Source: Octopus sinensis (taxonomy: Eukaryota). From it: DNA of 64,000 bases. Position 1 is the first letter of the stretch. The number at the start of each line of letters is the position of its first letter. The notes beneath the pieces were generated by a model, which was not told the DNA's origin, made no database searches, and saw only the letters and a list, made by a program, of their open reading frames with translations. This document shows positions 14,350 to 26,249 of this stretch, piece after piece. Made by a program: the position numbers and the translations under genes. The stretch lies in the NCBI RefSeq assembly GCF_006345805.1, contig NC_043000.1, positions 35,278,001-35,342,000 on the forward strand, in the 5' to 3' direction.

Positions 14350-15165
14350 CCAGACCATCAGATGCTGTTATATTCCACTGGTCACAATGCACGTCCAGTT
14401 CAATCTTTATTGCACCATTCTTTTCCATGTTGACTCAAATTGCTTGACTATATTGTCTTTTCATTGTTGTGGAGATCTTCCGAGTGGCCTTTTCCTATCT
14501 CTTCAATATCACTCAGCAACTTTGCAGGTCCACCTGTTGTTTGTGAACCTTGCGACATGTGTCTCAGCAGAACTTGCTCTTTTGGTATCCTGCAGTCACA
14601 ATTCAATCTGCTCCATTTTAAAATTATTTCATTCTGAATGAACTCTAGTGATGCCATTTCTAGCATGGATCTTTCCAAGGCCCTTTGTGTTGTAGCAAAT
14701 GTATGTTCTGTCCTCTTTGTAGTAGCCCCCATCTTGCTTGCATATAAGAATGCAGGTAGGGCAGTGTTATTAAAGAGTCTGGCTTTGTTTAGAGCACATC
14801 CTTTATTGAGTCAATCGCCTTCCATCCCACCCTTATTCTCTTAGAGTTCTCAGCTACCATATCTTGGCACATATCCACTCTGTGTCCTAGGTAGACATAC
14901 ACCTTTACCTCCTTGATTTCATTGCTTCCCACCTGTATTCAGTCTTGTGCTATCTCTTCCAACTGTATAAGATTTGTTTTCATGCAGCTGAATTCGAGAT
15001 CTGTTGCTAAGCTCTGAGAATCCAGCTTTATCATCATGGTCTGCACCTCGTCTATGGTTTCAGCGATGAGTACAATGTCATCTGTGAGCTCATCATTGAT
15101 GTTCATGTCACCTGTCCAATCAGTGTCCTTGATGACCATTTCTAGACTCCGGGACAGGTGACATA
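14350..15165 (-). mobile_element. Decayed RTE-clade LINE RT fragment
   Basis: Minus-strand peptides LTDDIVLIAETIDEVQTMM (FADDIVL-like) and TTQRALERSML, both typical of RTE RT. Confidence 0.7.
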
Positions 15166-15654
15166 CTGTAACCATGATTGGGGCTCTTCATTTCACATAA
15201 TTGTATGTGTGTGGATGTTTTCACTAATTGTTTTAGATGCCTGTGTAGTTAGGAGCAGATGTAGAGGTATTCTTTGTCCTTCCCATCTTCACCTAGTCAA
15301 ACATCCAAGATGTGATGGCTGGACAGTGAGTGAGAGAAAGAGAGAGAGCTAGAGCTACACCTGTTGTCAGTCAGTACATGTTTTAACGGAGTAGATTAAT
15401 GTAAAATGAATTCAATCAGTCAAAACACATTGCCTGTTCTTGAGTTGAAACCACAATTTGGGGGATCATCATCATCATCATCATCATCGTTTAACGTCCG
15501 TTTTCCGCGCTAGCACGGGTTGAAGAAATATATAACATTAAGAACGGAGAAGTGGACAGTAAAATGGTGATGGTGGGGATAATGATGAAAGGATGTATGG
15601 ACGTGTGTGTGTGTAATCATGTGTATGTATATGTATGGGCATGTGCATGTGCAG

Positions 15655-15697
<43 letters not shown>

Positions 15698-15706
15698 TAT
15701 ATATAT

Positions 15707-15867
<161 letters not shown>

Positions 15868-16559
15868 GGGAGGGAGGGAGATTGATTGATTGATTTTATA
15901 TACTTAACATTACCTGGTGACACATACCTAGTTAATGATCCAATAAATTATAATAATAAATGCTATATGATTTGTGTTCACCTGGGAATATGTAATCAGT
16001 GTTAATGTAAAAAGGTTAAAATGATTCTTAAGCCAGGTGGAGTCGATTCCGCCAGCGCCATATGTAACATTGAATATATTTCGTGACATAAGGAATAAAA
16101 CGGATTGAGAAATCGGTTAAGGTTATTTATTATTGATTGTTGTTGGTGAAGAAAAAGGTAGGATTGTATTTACTTCTAGTCCCCCCCCCCATAAAAAGAA
16201 TCACTGTTCGTCATTGCATCCCCTCCCCCAACAGCAACCAACGAAAATTTATTTAAAGGGTTTTTTCAAAGTTGATAAGAAAGGCAGAAGTTTCAAAGGG
16301 AAGTAACTCTCGTACGTAGATTGCAATGAAGAGTAATACCTCTTGCTACATTGCTTGTCTGTCTGTCTTTCCACACACGCTCATTATTTCTCTCTTTCCT
16401 CCACCTCTTTCTCCCTCTACTACTGCATCAATGATATTTATTATACCCGGCTACTATGGCGACGGTGATATACATTAATTTCACTCACGTTATCTGTTTC
16501 CTTTTAAATTTATACACACATATTTTTGCCTTTATTTTTCTAATAGTTTCTTACGACCA

Positions 16560-17050
16560 CTCCATTCTTTGTCCATTCATAAATATCCAGTTCATGTATT
16601 GGGTTCACCCCGATCCTCATTGTAATTTTTACCCCACATTTCCCTTACGCTGGATGGTTCTTCTCCCAGGACATCATCTCACCACCTGTGATCCTTCGTA
16701 CATCTGCTTCATCAAGTTTCCTATTGACAAGTCTCCTTGATTTATTACTATGTCTTTTATGGTTTTTCCCTTCCGCTACATGATCCAACCTCATGGGTCA
16801 TGTAGCGTTTCTTTCCCTAGCTGCTTTCTTCCATATGCATCATGCATGGCCCCAGGGAAATCCTCTCTGTTTTCTTTTTTCATTTGTTCTCCACACCTTC
16901 ATTCTCCATCACTCATACACCCTAGCATAAACGCATCAAGCAGATCGTTGACTGCTTCAAGCCTTCAGCCAGTCTCTTTCTCATTCAATGGCCATGTTGT
17001 GCAATCATACAAAATTGTACACCGAACACAAGCAGCTTACTAATGTAGCT
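16560..17050 (-). mobile_element. Decayed RTE-like LINE fragment
   Basis: Minus-strand translation near 16980-17040 gives AACVRCTILYDCTTWPLNE, resembling the RTE C-terminal CVRSxLLYGxETW motif. Confidence 0.45.
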
Positions 17051-17229
17051 CCTTCTTTAGAGATGGTCACAACTGGAACACCTTTGATCATTTATCTGCT
17101 TGATCAAGGCCTGCCTGGGGCTAAGCAACAATGCTGTCATTGATATAATACAAGGTTATTGTTGAGATAAAAATTATAAAATATGGAATTATTATTGTAT
17201 CCTCTGTTAATTTTAGAACTTATGATATA

Positions 17230-17928
17230 CAGGCTGGCCATAAAGTCATGCACCTTTTTGCAATATGTGAAATTGCAAACATTCTGTTTTTTTATCGCTT
17301 TTCACAACTGCCGATGTTACTCACAAACCAATCCTCATTGGATGGAGGCAGATAATCAACAAGGCTGGGGCAAGGTAATGGTGTGATGTGGGATTTGGCA
17401 CAATCAAGTAATTGGACCATTTTATTTTGAGGGCCATGTGACAGGTGCTGCATATCAGGACATGTTTGGCAGCAAATGATGCCTTATATGCATTCACTTG
17501 GAAGGAGAAGTCCTGTCTGGTTTCAGCAGGATGGAGTTCTACCCCATTATGCATTACAGGTTTATGATATTCTGAATGAACATTTTCCAGGGAGATGGCT
17601 CAGGTGTTGCAAGCCAATTGAATGGGCACCATGGTCACCAGATTTAATTCCCATGCACTTTTTCTTCTGAGGTTACATTAAATCCCTTGTGTATTCTGAA
17701 AAGATTCCTGGCCAAAGACATCTACTTCAAAGAATTGTTGAAGCGTGTGAACAATTCAACAGCAATGAAGAGCTATTTGAGAGGGTTCATTGCCATTTCA
17801 AATTCTGTATGAACACTTGTTGAGAGCCACATGGCCAACACTTTGAACATTTGTAATGGATTACCTATTTCATTGCTAATAAAACCTACTTGGTATCTCT
17901 CATGGTGTGTGACTTTGTGGCCAGCCCA
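17230..17928 (+). mobile_element. Internally deleted Tc1/mariner element, rosa (DD41D)-like
   Basis: TA-flanked TIRs caggctggccataaagtcatgcacc / ggtgtgtgactttgtggccagccca. Transposase remnants KVMV*CGI, WFQQDGVLPHY and W..WSPDLIPMHFFF, with 41 residues between QQD and the mutated third catalytic position. Confidence 0.8.
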
Positions 17929-17959
17929 TATATTTATACATTATTACTATCATTATTAC

Positions 17960-18180
17960 TAAATCAGCAAGATGGCAGAATCGTTAGCGCACTGAACAAA
18001 ATATTTAGTGGCATTTCATCCATTTTTACTGTGTGAGTTCAAATTCTGCTGAGGTCGACTTTGCCTTTCATCTTTTTGGGGTTGATAAGCCAAATACCAG
18101 TGAAACACAGGGATCGATGTAATCAAGTAGTGCCCCCCCCCCCAAAATTTCAGGCCTTGTGCCTTTAGTAGAATGGATTA
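17960..18180 (+). mobile_element. tRNA-derived SINE, family B
   Basis: gatggcagaatcgttagc...gagttcaaattc...ttgcctttcatc...caggccttgtgcc...gattag. Confidence 0.8.
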
Positions 18181-19061
18181 GTATTAATATATAAAAGAAC
18201 TCATTATTATTTTTTTTTCTGTAAACTTCCACATTAAAAAGGAATAAGTCATAGGAATATAATTTATATTATCTCAATTCTGTAGATTATAATCACAGTG
18301 GGTTGGGATAACAATTCTTCTGTTGGTAATTCTGTGGTGTGAACTCTTGTGGTGATCCAAGAAATAACCTTGTTACAAGCAGCTCTAACAAACCCCTAAA
18401 CTTTCTCCATTCTCCTGTTCTTACTTTGGCCGCTGTGCTTTCAAACACCCACCACCATCTCTATTACTAGTTGCTCACCTAGGTTATAGAAGCTATCAAC
18501 TTCTTGTTGGGAATATTCGCTGCAGTTGAAAAAAATTTATTACCAGTTGTTTATGACTAAATTGGCCAACATTATTCAACCATCTTTAAGAGAAAGAGGA
18601 GAAATGGGCTTTTTTTTTTTTATACTGGAAATCTCTTGCAACAAGTTAGCCAAAAAAACCTAACAATAAAACAAGCCTCAAGCATTGTGCATGTGTTTGT
18701 GTCGTTTTGTTTTGATATTTCTGCACTGGTTGTAGACAAGGTCACCATTCATATCAAAATAGTACCATTGATTTTCACATCATCTATGAAAAACAATGTC
18801 TAGTCATCGAGTTGATTGTTTAAAGAACTTCCTTGGGGACAGGTAAGGATTGGTGACAAGACAGGCATCTGGCTGTAGAAAATTTACCTCACCAAGTTTT
18901 GTCACATCCACATATGGAAAACTGGACATTAAATAATGGAGGCGGTGGTAGTAGTAGTGGTGGTGGTATGTCATTCACTTTTCAGTGACAAAGTTTTGGC
19001 AGTGAAAATTTTAGTAATTTTGTAATATGTTTAAACATGTGCATGTATGTATGCATGTGTG

Positions 19062-19102
<41 letters not shown>

Positions 19103-20361
19103 TTATATGTGAGTGTATATATATGTATGTATGTATGTATGTATATAAAATGACTAGTTCAAGGAAATCCGCTTCTGTATTTATTTAAGCTTAACCTAAA
19201 ATCCAGGTCAAAAGCATGCATCTAAATGATACTCTTCCCTCTCACCCCCCATTCTTGTTGTGTTTCATAATTGAACTGAAATCCTAACAGATCTCTGCTG
19301 TGCTTCATAAACCATTTCCTATAATTACTGATGCTTCCTGGCACTTTTTTTTTCTCAAATTCCGGAACTGTTTTTTCACATATTCACATTGGTAGTCTTA
19401 GTGACTACTTTGTTGTTGCCTTCTTTTTGTCAAATCCTTCCTTATATCCTTGTAGTACTTGCTAGACAGGGACTCTAACCCCAGCAGGTTAATTTCATTA
19501 AGCATTGTAGAATGAAATTTTAATGAATTTAAAAAAAATGATCTGATTAATTTACCTCGTCAGAACTGAATTTAGAAAACACTAATTTTAGCGGTGAATC
19601 TTAACAGCAAGAACCTTATTTCGATTAACTAAAACTAGTATCTCCAAATTCTAAAACTATAAGTTTGCTTATCTTTATTAATCTACAGAAAATGCTATTA
19701 TTTTCATTGTTTGAAAAATATTACTATGAAAATTGATCTCTAAGCAAACTTATTTTATACGTCAAAATTCTATGGCATTCTGCCATCTCTATCTGTTGTT
19801 ATTATTATAGCCATTATAATTCCCCATAATAGTTTTAAAATTGTAGAATTCATAGAAACCCCCTTGGGGGTAGCAACTACTCCCAACCAATGATTGATGT
19901 AGACAGTTCATGTTTAGATTCTACTTTACCAGATATTTTATACACCAGAATCTCTGAAAAGGACAGTTCCTAACCATGTCTTTTTTTCTTGGTGTTTTTT
20001 TTAAAACAAGACTCAACCCTCATTTCTCAGTTTTGCAATTAATATCTATATAGCTGTACATATGCATACATTATTCAAACGTACTGGCCTTTATATGGCC
20101 ATCTTTAACTAATGAATATATTGGAATGTATTCTTGAATAGACTCTTGTTGGCTTTTATAGTAAAAGACAAGAATTTAATGTTTTGTCTCCTGAAATGGC
20201 CTAGTTTTCCTCTACACTGCATTTTATTTTAGCAACAAATTAAAAACAGATATGGAGAGGTAATTCTAAAATGTCTGGCAGACTTTTGCCGCAGAAACCC
20301 CTGAGTATCTGCGATGGTCAACTTTTCTAAATCTATCATTTGTATTTGTTTATTCTTTCAG

Positions 20362-20689
20362 ATTCTCCCAGTACTTCCAAAGCAGCAGCCGCACCAGCAG
20401 CAGCAGCAGACCCAACAAGCTTTGCAACAGGCCCACATGGATATTACATCTCAACTCCCTTCAATTCCTCCATTGTCCAATGCTTCAAATGTCCCCCTTT
20501 TAACCTCCACACCTGCCATGAGTTTATCACCCACTACTACCTGTACATCACCTCAAATGGTCATCTCTACTGCCCATCCTGCACATTCACCTGTCCAGCA
20601 GTCACCCCAGCACCAACAGCAAGCCTCCAGCAGTGTGGGACCAATCCGTCGACGGGTATCAGACAAGTGCAATCTGCCTATCTCTGCTG
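20362..20689 (+). CDS. FoxP: FoxP exon: Q/S/P/T-rich linker upstream of the forkhead domain
   Basis: Acceptor tattctttcAG ends at 20361 (phase 0). Translates ILPVLPKQQPHQQQQQ...SSSVGPIRRRVSDKCNLPISA, matching the FoxP motif VGPIRRRxSDK. Donor G|GTGGGT at 20690 (phase 1) joins in frame to the next exon. Confidence 0.9.
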
Positions 20690-20796
20690 GTGGGTAGTAC
20701 AACCTGATGAGAGAGAGAGAGAGAGAGAGAGTTATTGATGTATTTTTAACACCTAACCTTAGTTGTTTTATCAAGTTTAGTTATTATGTATTATCA

Positions 20797-20838
<42 letters not shown>

Positions 20839-20888
20839 TATTATTATTATTATTATTATTATCATTATTATTATTATTATTATCATTA

Positions 20889-20954
<66 letters not shown>

Positions 20955-20959
<5 letters not shown>

Positions 20960-21170
20960 CGGTGAGCTGGGAGAGTTGTTATCCTGCTGGGCAAAATGCT
21001 TTGCGGCATTTTGTCAGTCTTCGTGTTCTGAGTTTAAATGCTGCTTGGGTCAGCTTTGCTTTTTTATCCTTTCAAGGTTGAAAAAATAAGTACCAGTGAA
21101 ATACTGGAGTCGGTGTAATCAACCTATCCCCTCCCCTCAAATTGGTGTCCTTGTGCCAAATCCTGAAACC
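20955..21170 (+). mobile_element. tRNA-derived SINE, family B, after an (ATT)n tract
   Basis: aggcggtgagctggg...ttctgagtttaaat...agtaccagt. Confidence 0.75.
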
Positions 21171-22220
21171 ACCACATCATCATCATCATCAGTATTACTA
21201 GGGTGTCTTTTTTTACACCAAGTGTAGTTTCACTGTCTCATATCTGACACCCCCCCCCACAATAGATTCCTAAGTATCAATGGAATCACCCTTTCCCCAC
21301 ACTAACAGTAAATTCCATCTGACCCATGCAAGCATGGAAAGGTGGACGTTAAAACAATAACACTGACGATTGCATAACATAAAGAGGTTATTTGAAGAGA
21401 TACTTGACTGAATATCATCATAGAAACACGTTTCTCTCTCATAACTGACATTTTATGCTCCAGGACTTGTCTTTTTAAACTTTTTATGTTACACTTATTT
21501 TAGAAATTGAAAGCCTTTGTTGATTCCTTCTGCTATTGGGAAATTTTTGTGATTCTTGCCATTGTTACATAAGTGCCATAATAGATCGTTAGCCACTACA
21601 CACATTTTTTTCTCTTCTTGTTTTTTCTGTGTCCCTTTCTGTAGAAGAGCATTAATACATCTGTTTGTTTTGTACACCACCTGTCTTCGTCTTTTGTTTT
21701 TTCGTAAACTCTCCTTACATAAGCGATATAGTGGTATTGTTTTAACAATTTTAATGAAGCCATACCCTAAAACTCCTCGAATTTTTCGAGTCATTTTTTT
21801 CTTAAGATTAAAAAAAAAAAAAAGGAAAGAAAAAAAAAGAAAACAATAATCCCTTATGGAATCTCCTTCTTATAAAGAAGTTAAAATAAAGAAACGTGTA
21901 CAGTTTGTAGAACTAACTTTAGATTATTTATTTACCTTGGTGTTTAAATTAAAAATAAAATTTCATCAGTGGCTTTGTTTTCCTGTGTCGGAAGACAGAA
22001 AATTCTAAGCTAATTCGGCATCGACTATGTCGCTTTTCCCAAAAGAAACCCCTGACTTCAGATTTGAATGAAGGGAAACTGGATAACCTGTAGTCAAGGG
22101 AGACTATTCGACATTTAAGAGTTACCTCCCATGGCCTTCAATGCTTGCTCTTTCATTTCTGTTCAGAGGGAGAAAAATAGATGGATGGATGGATAAATAG
22201 TGAGTGAAATAGAACATGTG

Positions 22221-22242
22221 CAGGTGACGTTGTCATAGCAAC
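22221..22242 (+). promoter_or_regulatory. Candidate composite E-box/CRE half-site/RFX X-box
   Basis: CAGGTG, TGACGT and GTTGTCATAGCAAC overlap. The last (22229-22242) fits the X-box consensus GTHNYYATRRNAAC at every position. Confidence 0.35.
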
Positions 22243-22654
22243 AGGGTGGTGGTGGTGGATGTATATTTATAGTTTCTGCCATGCTTTATGATGGGCCTTT
22301 ATAGTAGAAGACTGTTTATTACAAATGTATTGGGGACATGGGTTAGGTTGGTGACAGAATAGCCTGGAGCTGTTTCACTCCGACGTCCTAGATTAATCTC
22401 AATGGTAGTGGTGGTGAGGATAGGGTAATAAAGTTAAAATGATCTGCCAGCCATCATATTCGTCAGTATCTCTGACTGTCAACCATTTATTTGACTTAAT
22501 TTGATATTAATCTATATTTTCTCTTCGTTACCAATCTACAGAATTCCAGTTGGCTGCCATAGATTGCATCTAAATTGTGTAAAAAGGAACCTGACAAATT
22601 AAAACTCAACTCGCATTTAATGAACATGAATGATTATGATTTCTATAATAATAA

Positions 22655-22869
22655 TGATCCTTTCTACTATAGGCACAAGGCCTGAAATTTGGGGCAGAAT
22701 GATAATCAATTACATTAACCCCAGTGGTCAACTGGTATTCATTTTATCAACCCTGAAAGGATAAAAGGCCAAGTTGACCTTGGCAGAATTTGAACTCACA
22801 ACATAAAGACAGACGAAATTCTACAAAGTATTTTGTCCTGTATGCTAACGATTCTGCCAGCTCACTGCC

Positions 22870-22872
<3 letters not shown>
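22655..22872 (-). mobile_element. tRNA-derived SINE, family B
   Basis: atcctttctactataggcacaaggcctgaaattt...ctaacgattctgccagctcactgcctt. Confidence 0.8.
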
Positions 22873-22925
<53 letters not shown>

Positions 22926-23140
22926 GAAGTTAACTATGACACTTGAGTGCAGTATAGTTTGTTGGAAGAGGGTAAAAAGATGAGACAGAAATGAGTAAAT
23001 AAGTAAAGTGAAGAAAGACAGCAAAGATAGCCAAAAATGCCAGCATTGTACGCATGATGAAGAACACAAGAAGACAAAAGGGAACCTTAAAAAGGGATGC
23101 ATAGACACCTTTATTTCTTCATTATATCATTGGTATTCCA

Positions 23141-23407
23141 AGAACTGTTTGTCAGCAGAAAATAAGATATTGCAACAGCATCAATGCCATCACAACATCT
23201 TGATGGAGGTGAAAAATGTTAATGTCCGATTTTATACCAAAGCAGCCAATCAATGTCAACACATTGTCAGAATTATGTATCACAATAAACGTGTTCCAAA
23301 AAAATAACAGGATTTTTAAATACTGTTGGGGAATTCTTACACAGCATACTTTCTGAAAATTTCTGGCCTTGTGCCTGTAGCAGAAAGGATAGCATCATTG
23401 TCACGAA

Positions 23408-23461
<54 letters not shown>

Positions 23462-23788
23462 GCATACATAGAAAACACTCCCAAAAGTTAACCTTTTTTT
23501 TAAAAAGTATTAATTTTTTTTTTCGGAAACTTTTTTTAAAAAACTGTTCCAAGTTAAAGAATGCTGTGTAAGAAATCCCCAACAGTATTTAAAAATCCTG
23601 TTATTTTTTTGGAATACGTTTATTGTGATACATAATTCTGACAATGTGTTGACACTAATTGGCTGTGTGATGTGGGGGAATTCATTACTGCTTTGGTATA
23701 TAACATCAGACATTTTTCAACTCCATCAAGATGTCGTGATGTCATTGATGCTGTTGCAATATCTAGTTTTCTGCTGACAAACAGTTCT
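23141..23788. mobile_element. Foldback/MITE with ~210-bp inverted arms
   Basis: agaactgtttgtcagcagaa...cttacacagcat (23141-23350) is the reverse complement of atgctgtgtaag...ctgctgacaaacagttct (23560-23788). The spacer holds a SINE tail and (GTA)n. Confidence 0.8.
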
Positions 23789-24701
23789 CCTTAACCTCGT
23801 TAGAATTGTGTCCCCCCCAATTAAGCAAATCTATGTACTGCTTGTTAGAATAGTGCCTGTCCTAAGTGCACAACTTATGACTTGTGTTCAATTCCACACC
23901 CTGTCAAATAAAACGTTTATTTTCTAGAATCTGTGGCAAAAGAATATGAATATTGATAGAATTGTCAGAGCATCAAGCTAAGCTGTGGCATTTAGTTGTG
24001 GTACGATCATTTCTGAGTTCAATTATCATTGAGGTCAACTCTACTTTTCATTTGTTTCAAGTTGATTAAATAAATAAGTATTGGGGTGGTTTTCTTAATT
24101 AATCCACTTCTCTAAAATCTCATGTCTTAAGCTTATGTTAGGAACAATCATCATCATCATCATCATCATCCTGTTATTTTCTGCTCTTCGTGCCTGTTTG
24201 TTCATTGTGTTGAAAACTTTTTGGATAATTCTTGCTAAACCTAGTTAAGTATTTTCTTCACCCTTCTTGCTCCCGGATTAAGATCAAGCTTTACCAGGTT
24301 TGTCCTCAGATTGTTTCTGTCACTATACTATTTATAATAATTGGTGCTTTAATGATCCCTATTAATTCCTTTATTCTGGTATTTGAGAATTTCATACTTT
24401 CAGCTTTGTAGAATTCTCTCTGCTTTGTCATTTTTTTTTTCCTTTCTTTTCTCTTTGACCCTTTTAATGCCAAATGGCCAAGTTATGTTGTTTTCTTCAT
24501 TCAGTTTGTCACACAACAACTCCACTTCATCATTTCTAAGGACTTGCATTTCTATTTCCACAAAATTGCCATAGTTTTGTGTGTGTGTGTGTGAGGGGGG
24601 GGGGGGAAGAAAGAGAAACTAAATTTCCAGCAAACATTGCAATGTTTTGTTGCAGCAATCTATATGTTGCCTACAATTTTTACATTCATTATAAAGTAAT
24701 C

Positions 24702-24735
<34 letters not shown>

Positions 24736-24738
<3 letters not shown>

Positions 24739-25233
24739 AATTATTGTGTATAGTGCTCAGGTGCAGTACAACTTGCATGTACAGTACATAGAATTATGTG
24801 CAAAACTCAGGAAAGTGAACAGTGTATGAGTCATTATGTACATGTGTGCATGCGCATGGCAAACACTCACAAAATTATTAACCATTGTGCCAACAACTAC
24901 CTTGAGCACCTTTGTGTCTAAGCTCCATGTGTCTAACACATGTGGACATGCTTACAAAGTCAGAAAGCAGCACAGTTCCCATGACTTTCGGAAACATTTT
25001 TTCATGCTCAGAGTTGCTGAAGCATGGAACAAACTACCTGCATCAGTTGTTAGTTGCCAAGATATTGCATCCTTTAAAACCTCTGTGCTTCCTGAAATTC
25101 ACCAACATGACACCTGGTATCCCCCACTCTCCATACAAATACATACACACGTATATCATGACTCCTACACTGTTTTCTTTCCTGACTTTGATGAGTTGTA
25201 GTGCACCTGAGCACTGTACACAATAATTTCATT
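24736..25233. mobile_element. CR1-type LINE 3' end with an inverted second copy of its 3' UTR
   Basis: The + strand peptide NTCGHAYKV...FRKHFFMLRVAEAWNKLPASVV...SFK matches the CR1 ORF2 C-terminus. 24736-24860 is an inverted copy of 25131-25233, and each copy ends toward (ATT)n. Confidence 0.75.
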
Positions 25234-25488
25234 GCAGTTCTATATTTAAGAGATGAGGAATTATTTACATTATTTGTATTATTTACATTTTACGGATATT
25301 TGTCCTCATCTTGTTTGTTGTTAGCACAACGTTTCAGCTGATATACCCTCCAGCCTTTATCAGGTGTTTTGGGAAAATTTTGAACCTGGGTTCTCATTCC
25401 CAAGACACCTGATGAAGGCTGGAGGGTATATCAGCCGAAACGCTGTGTTAACAACAAACAAGATAAGGACAGATATCCGTCAAATGTA
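25234..25488. mobile_element. Penelope-like inverted pLTR insertion
   Basis: Inverted arms of ~95 bp each carry a hammerhead-like core. The insert is flanked by a 12-bp direct repeat aataatttcatt (25222-25233 and 25489-25500). Confidence 0.7.
25404..25449 (+). ncRNA. Minimal type I hammerhead ribozyme motif (probably inactive copy)
   Basis: GACAC-CUGAUGA-A-GGCUG(loop)CAGCC-GAAA-CG-CU-GUGUU gives stem I GACAC/GUGUU, stem II and the core. The antisense twin at ~25324-25368 reads ...GAAACGUUGUG. Confidence 0.7.
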
Positions 25489-25929
25489 AATAATTTCATT
25501 ATTATTATTATTGTTGTTCTGAGCTGAGTTGTGAATATACCAATATAATCTATGCTGTCATTTCGATCTTTACACATTTAACTGGCTGGAGGATCTAAAT
25601 CTTTTTATTTAGTCCACTGACGTTTAACATTTAAATATTCCTTACATCAACTTTTCTCCTTCATCATTTTAACATTCATAAATTATGTCAGCCCATATAA
25701 ATTAATGTTGTGCCATTCCAAAGAGAAAGGAAAGTAATTATTTTTTTATGTTAATTACATTTTTATTTCTTTTATTTATTTCTTTCATTTCTTTTAATTT
25801 TTTTTAGCTTTTTATATTTTTGTTTTTGATTTCTTTTTTTTTAATCTATTATTTCCAAGGTCGTTTTATTTTTTGTTTTTGTTGTAGGAATGCAGAGAGA
25901 CATGGAGAACGCATTTCTTTCTTTTGTAG

Positions 25930-26006
25930 AAATCCAGAGAAATCGCGAATTTTACCGAACAACAGACGTCCGACCACCATTCACATATGCCTCTCTCATT
26001 CGTCAG
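25930..26006 (+). CDS. FoxP: FoxP exon: start of forkhead domain ([26 protein letters not shown])
   Basis: Acceptor ttcttttgtAG ends at 25929 and the phase-1 junction G+AA gives Glu. [12 protein letters not shown] is the FoxP signature. Donor CAG|GTAGGT at 26007 (phase 0). A second in-frame acceptor ends at 25887. Confidence 0.96.
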
Positions 26007-26249
26007 GTAGGTGCATCGTTTAGAAAGAGCTGCTCCACATAACATGACTGCTAAGTCAGTATGTGTAGACTCTTTTATTCTCTGTTATACAATCTGTTTT
26101 GCCAGCCAATGCTTTCCAACCATTTGTAGTCTAGATATGCCAAGGTGAATGCAATAAAATATCCACTTAAATGGTAAAATAATACTCAACATTAAACTGA
26201 AACAAGTTCTGCTTGATTAAAAAAATGTTTTCAACACCACAATAACTTT

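Noticed and set aside
20340-20738. Alternative Ala-rich reading frame over the linker exon
   Set aside because: It is the shifted frame of CAG repeats. The conserved GPIRRR motif and the downstream phase fix the other frame.
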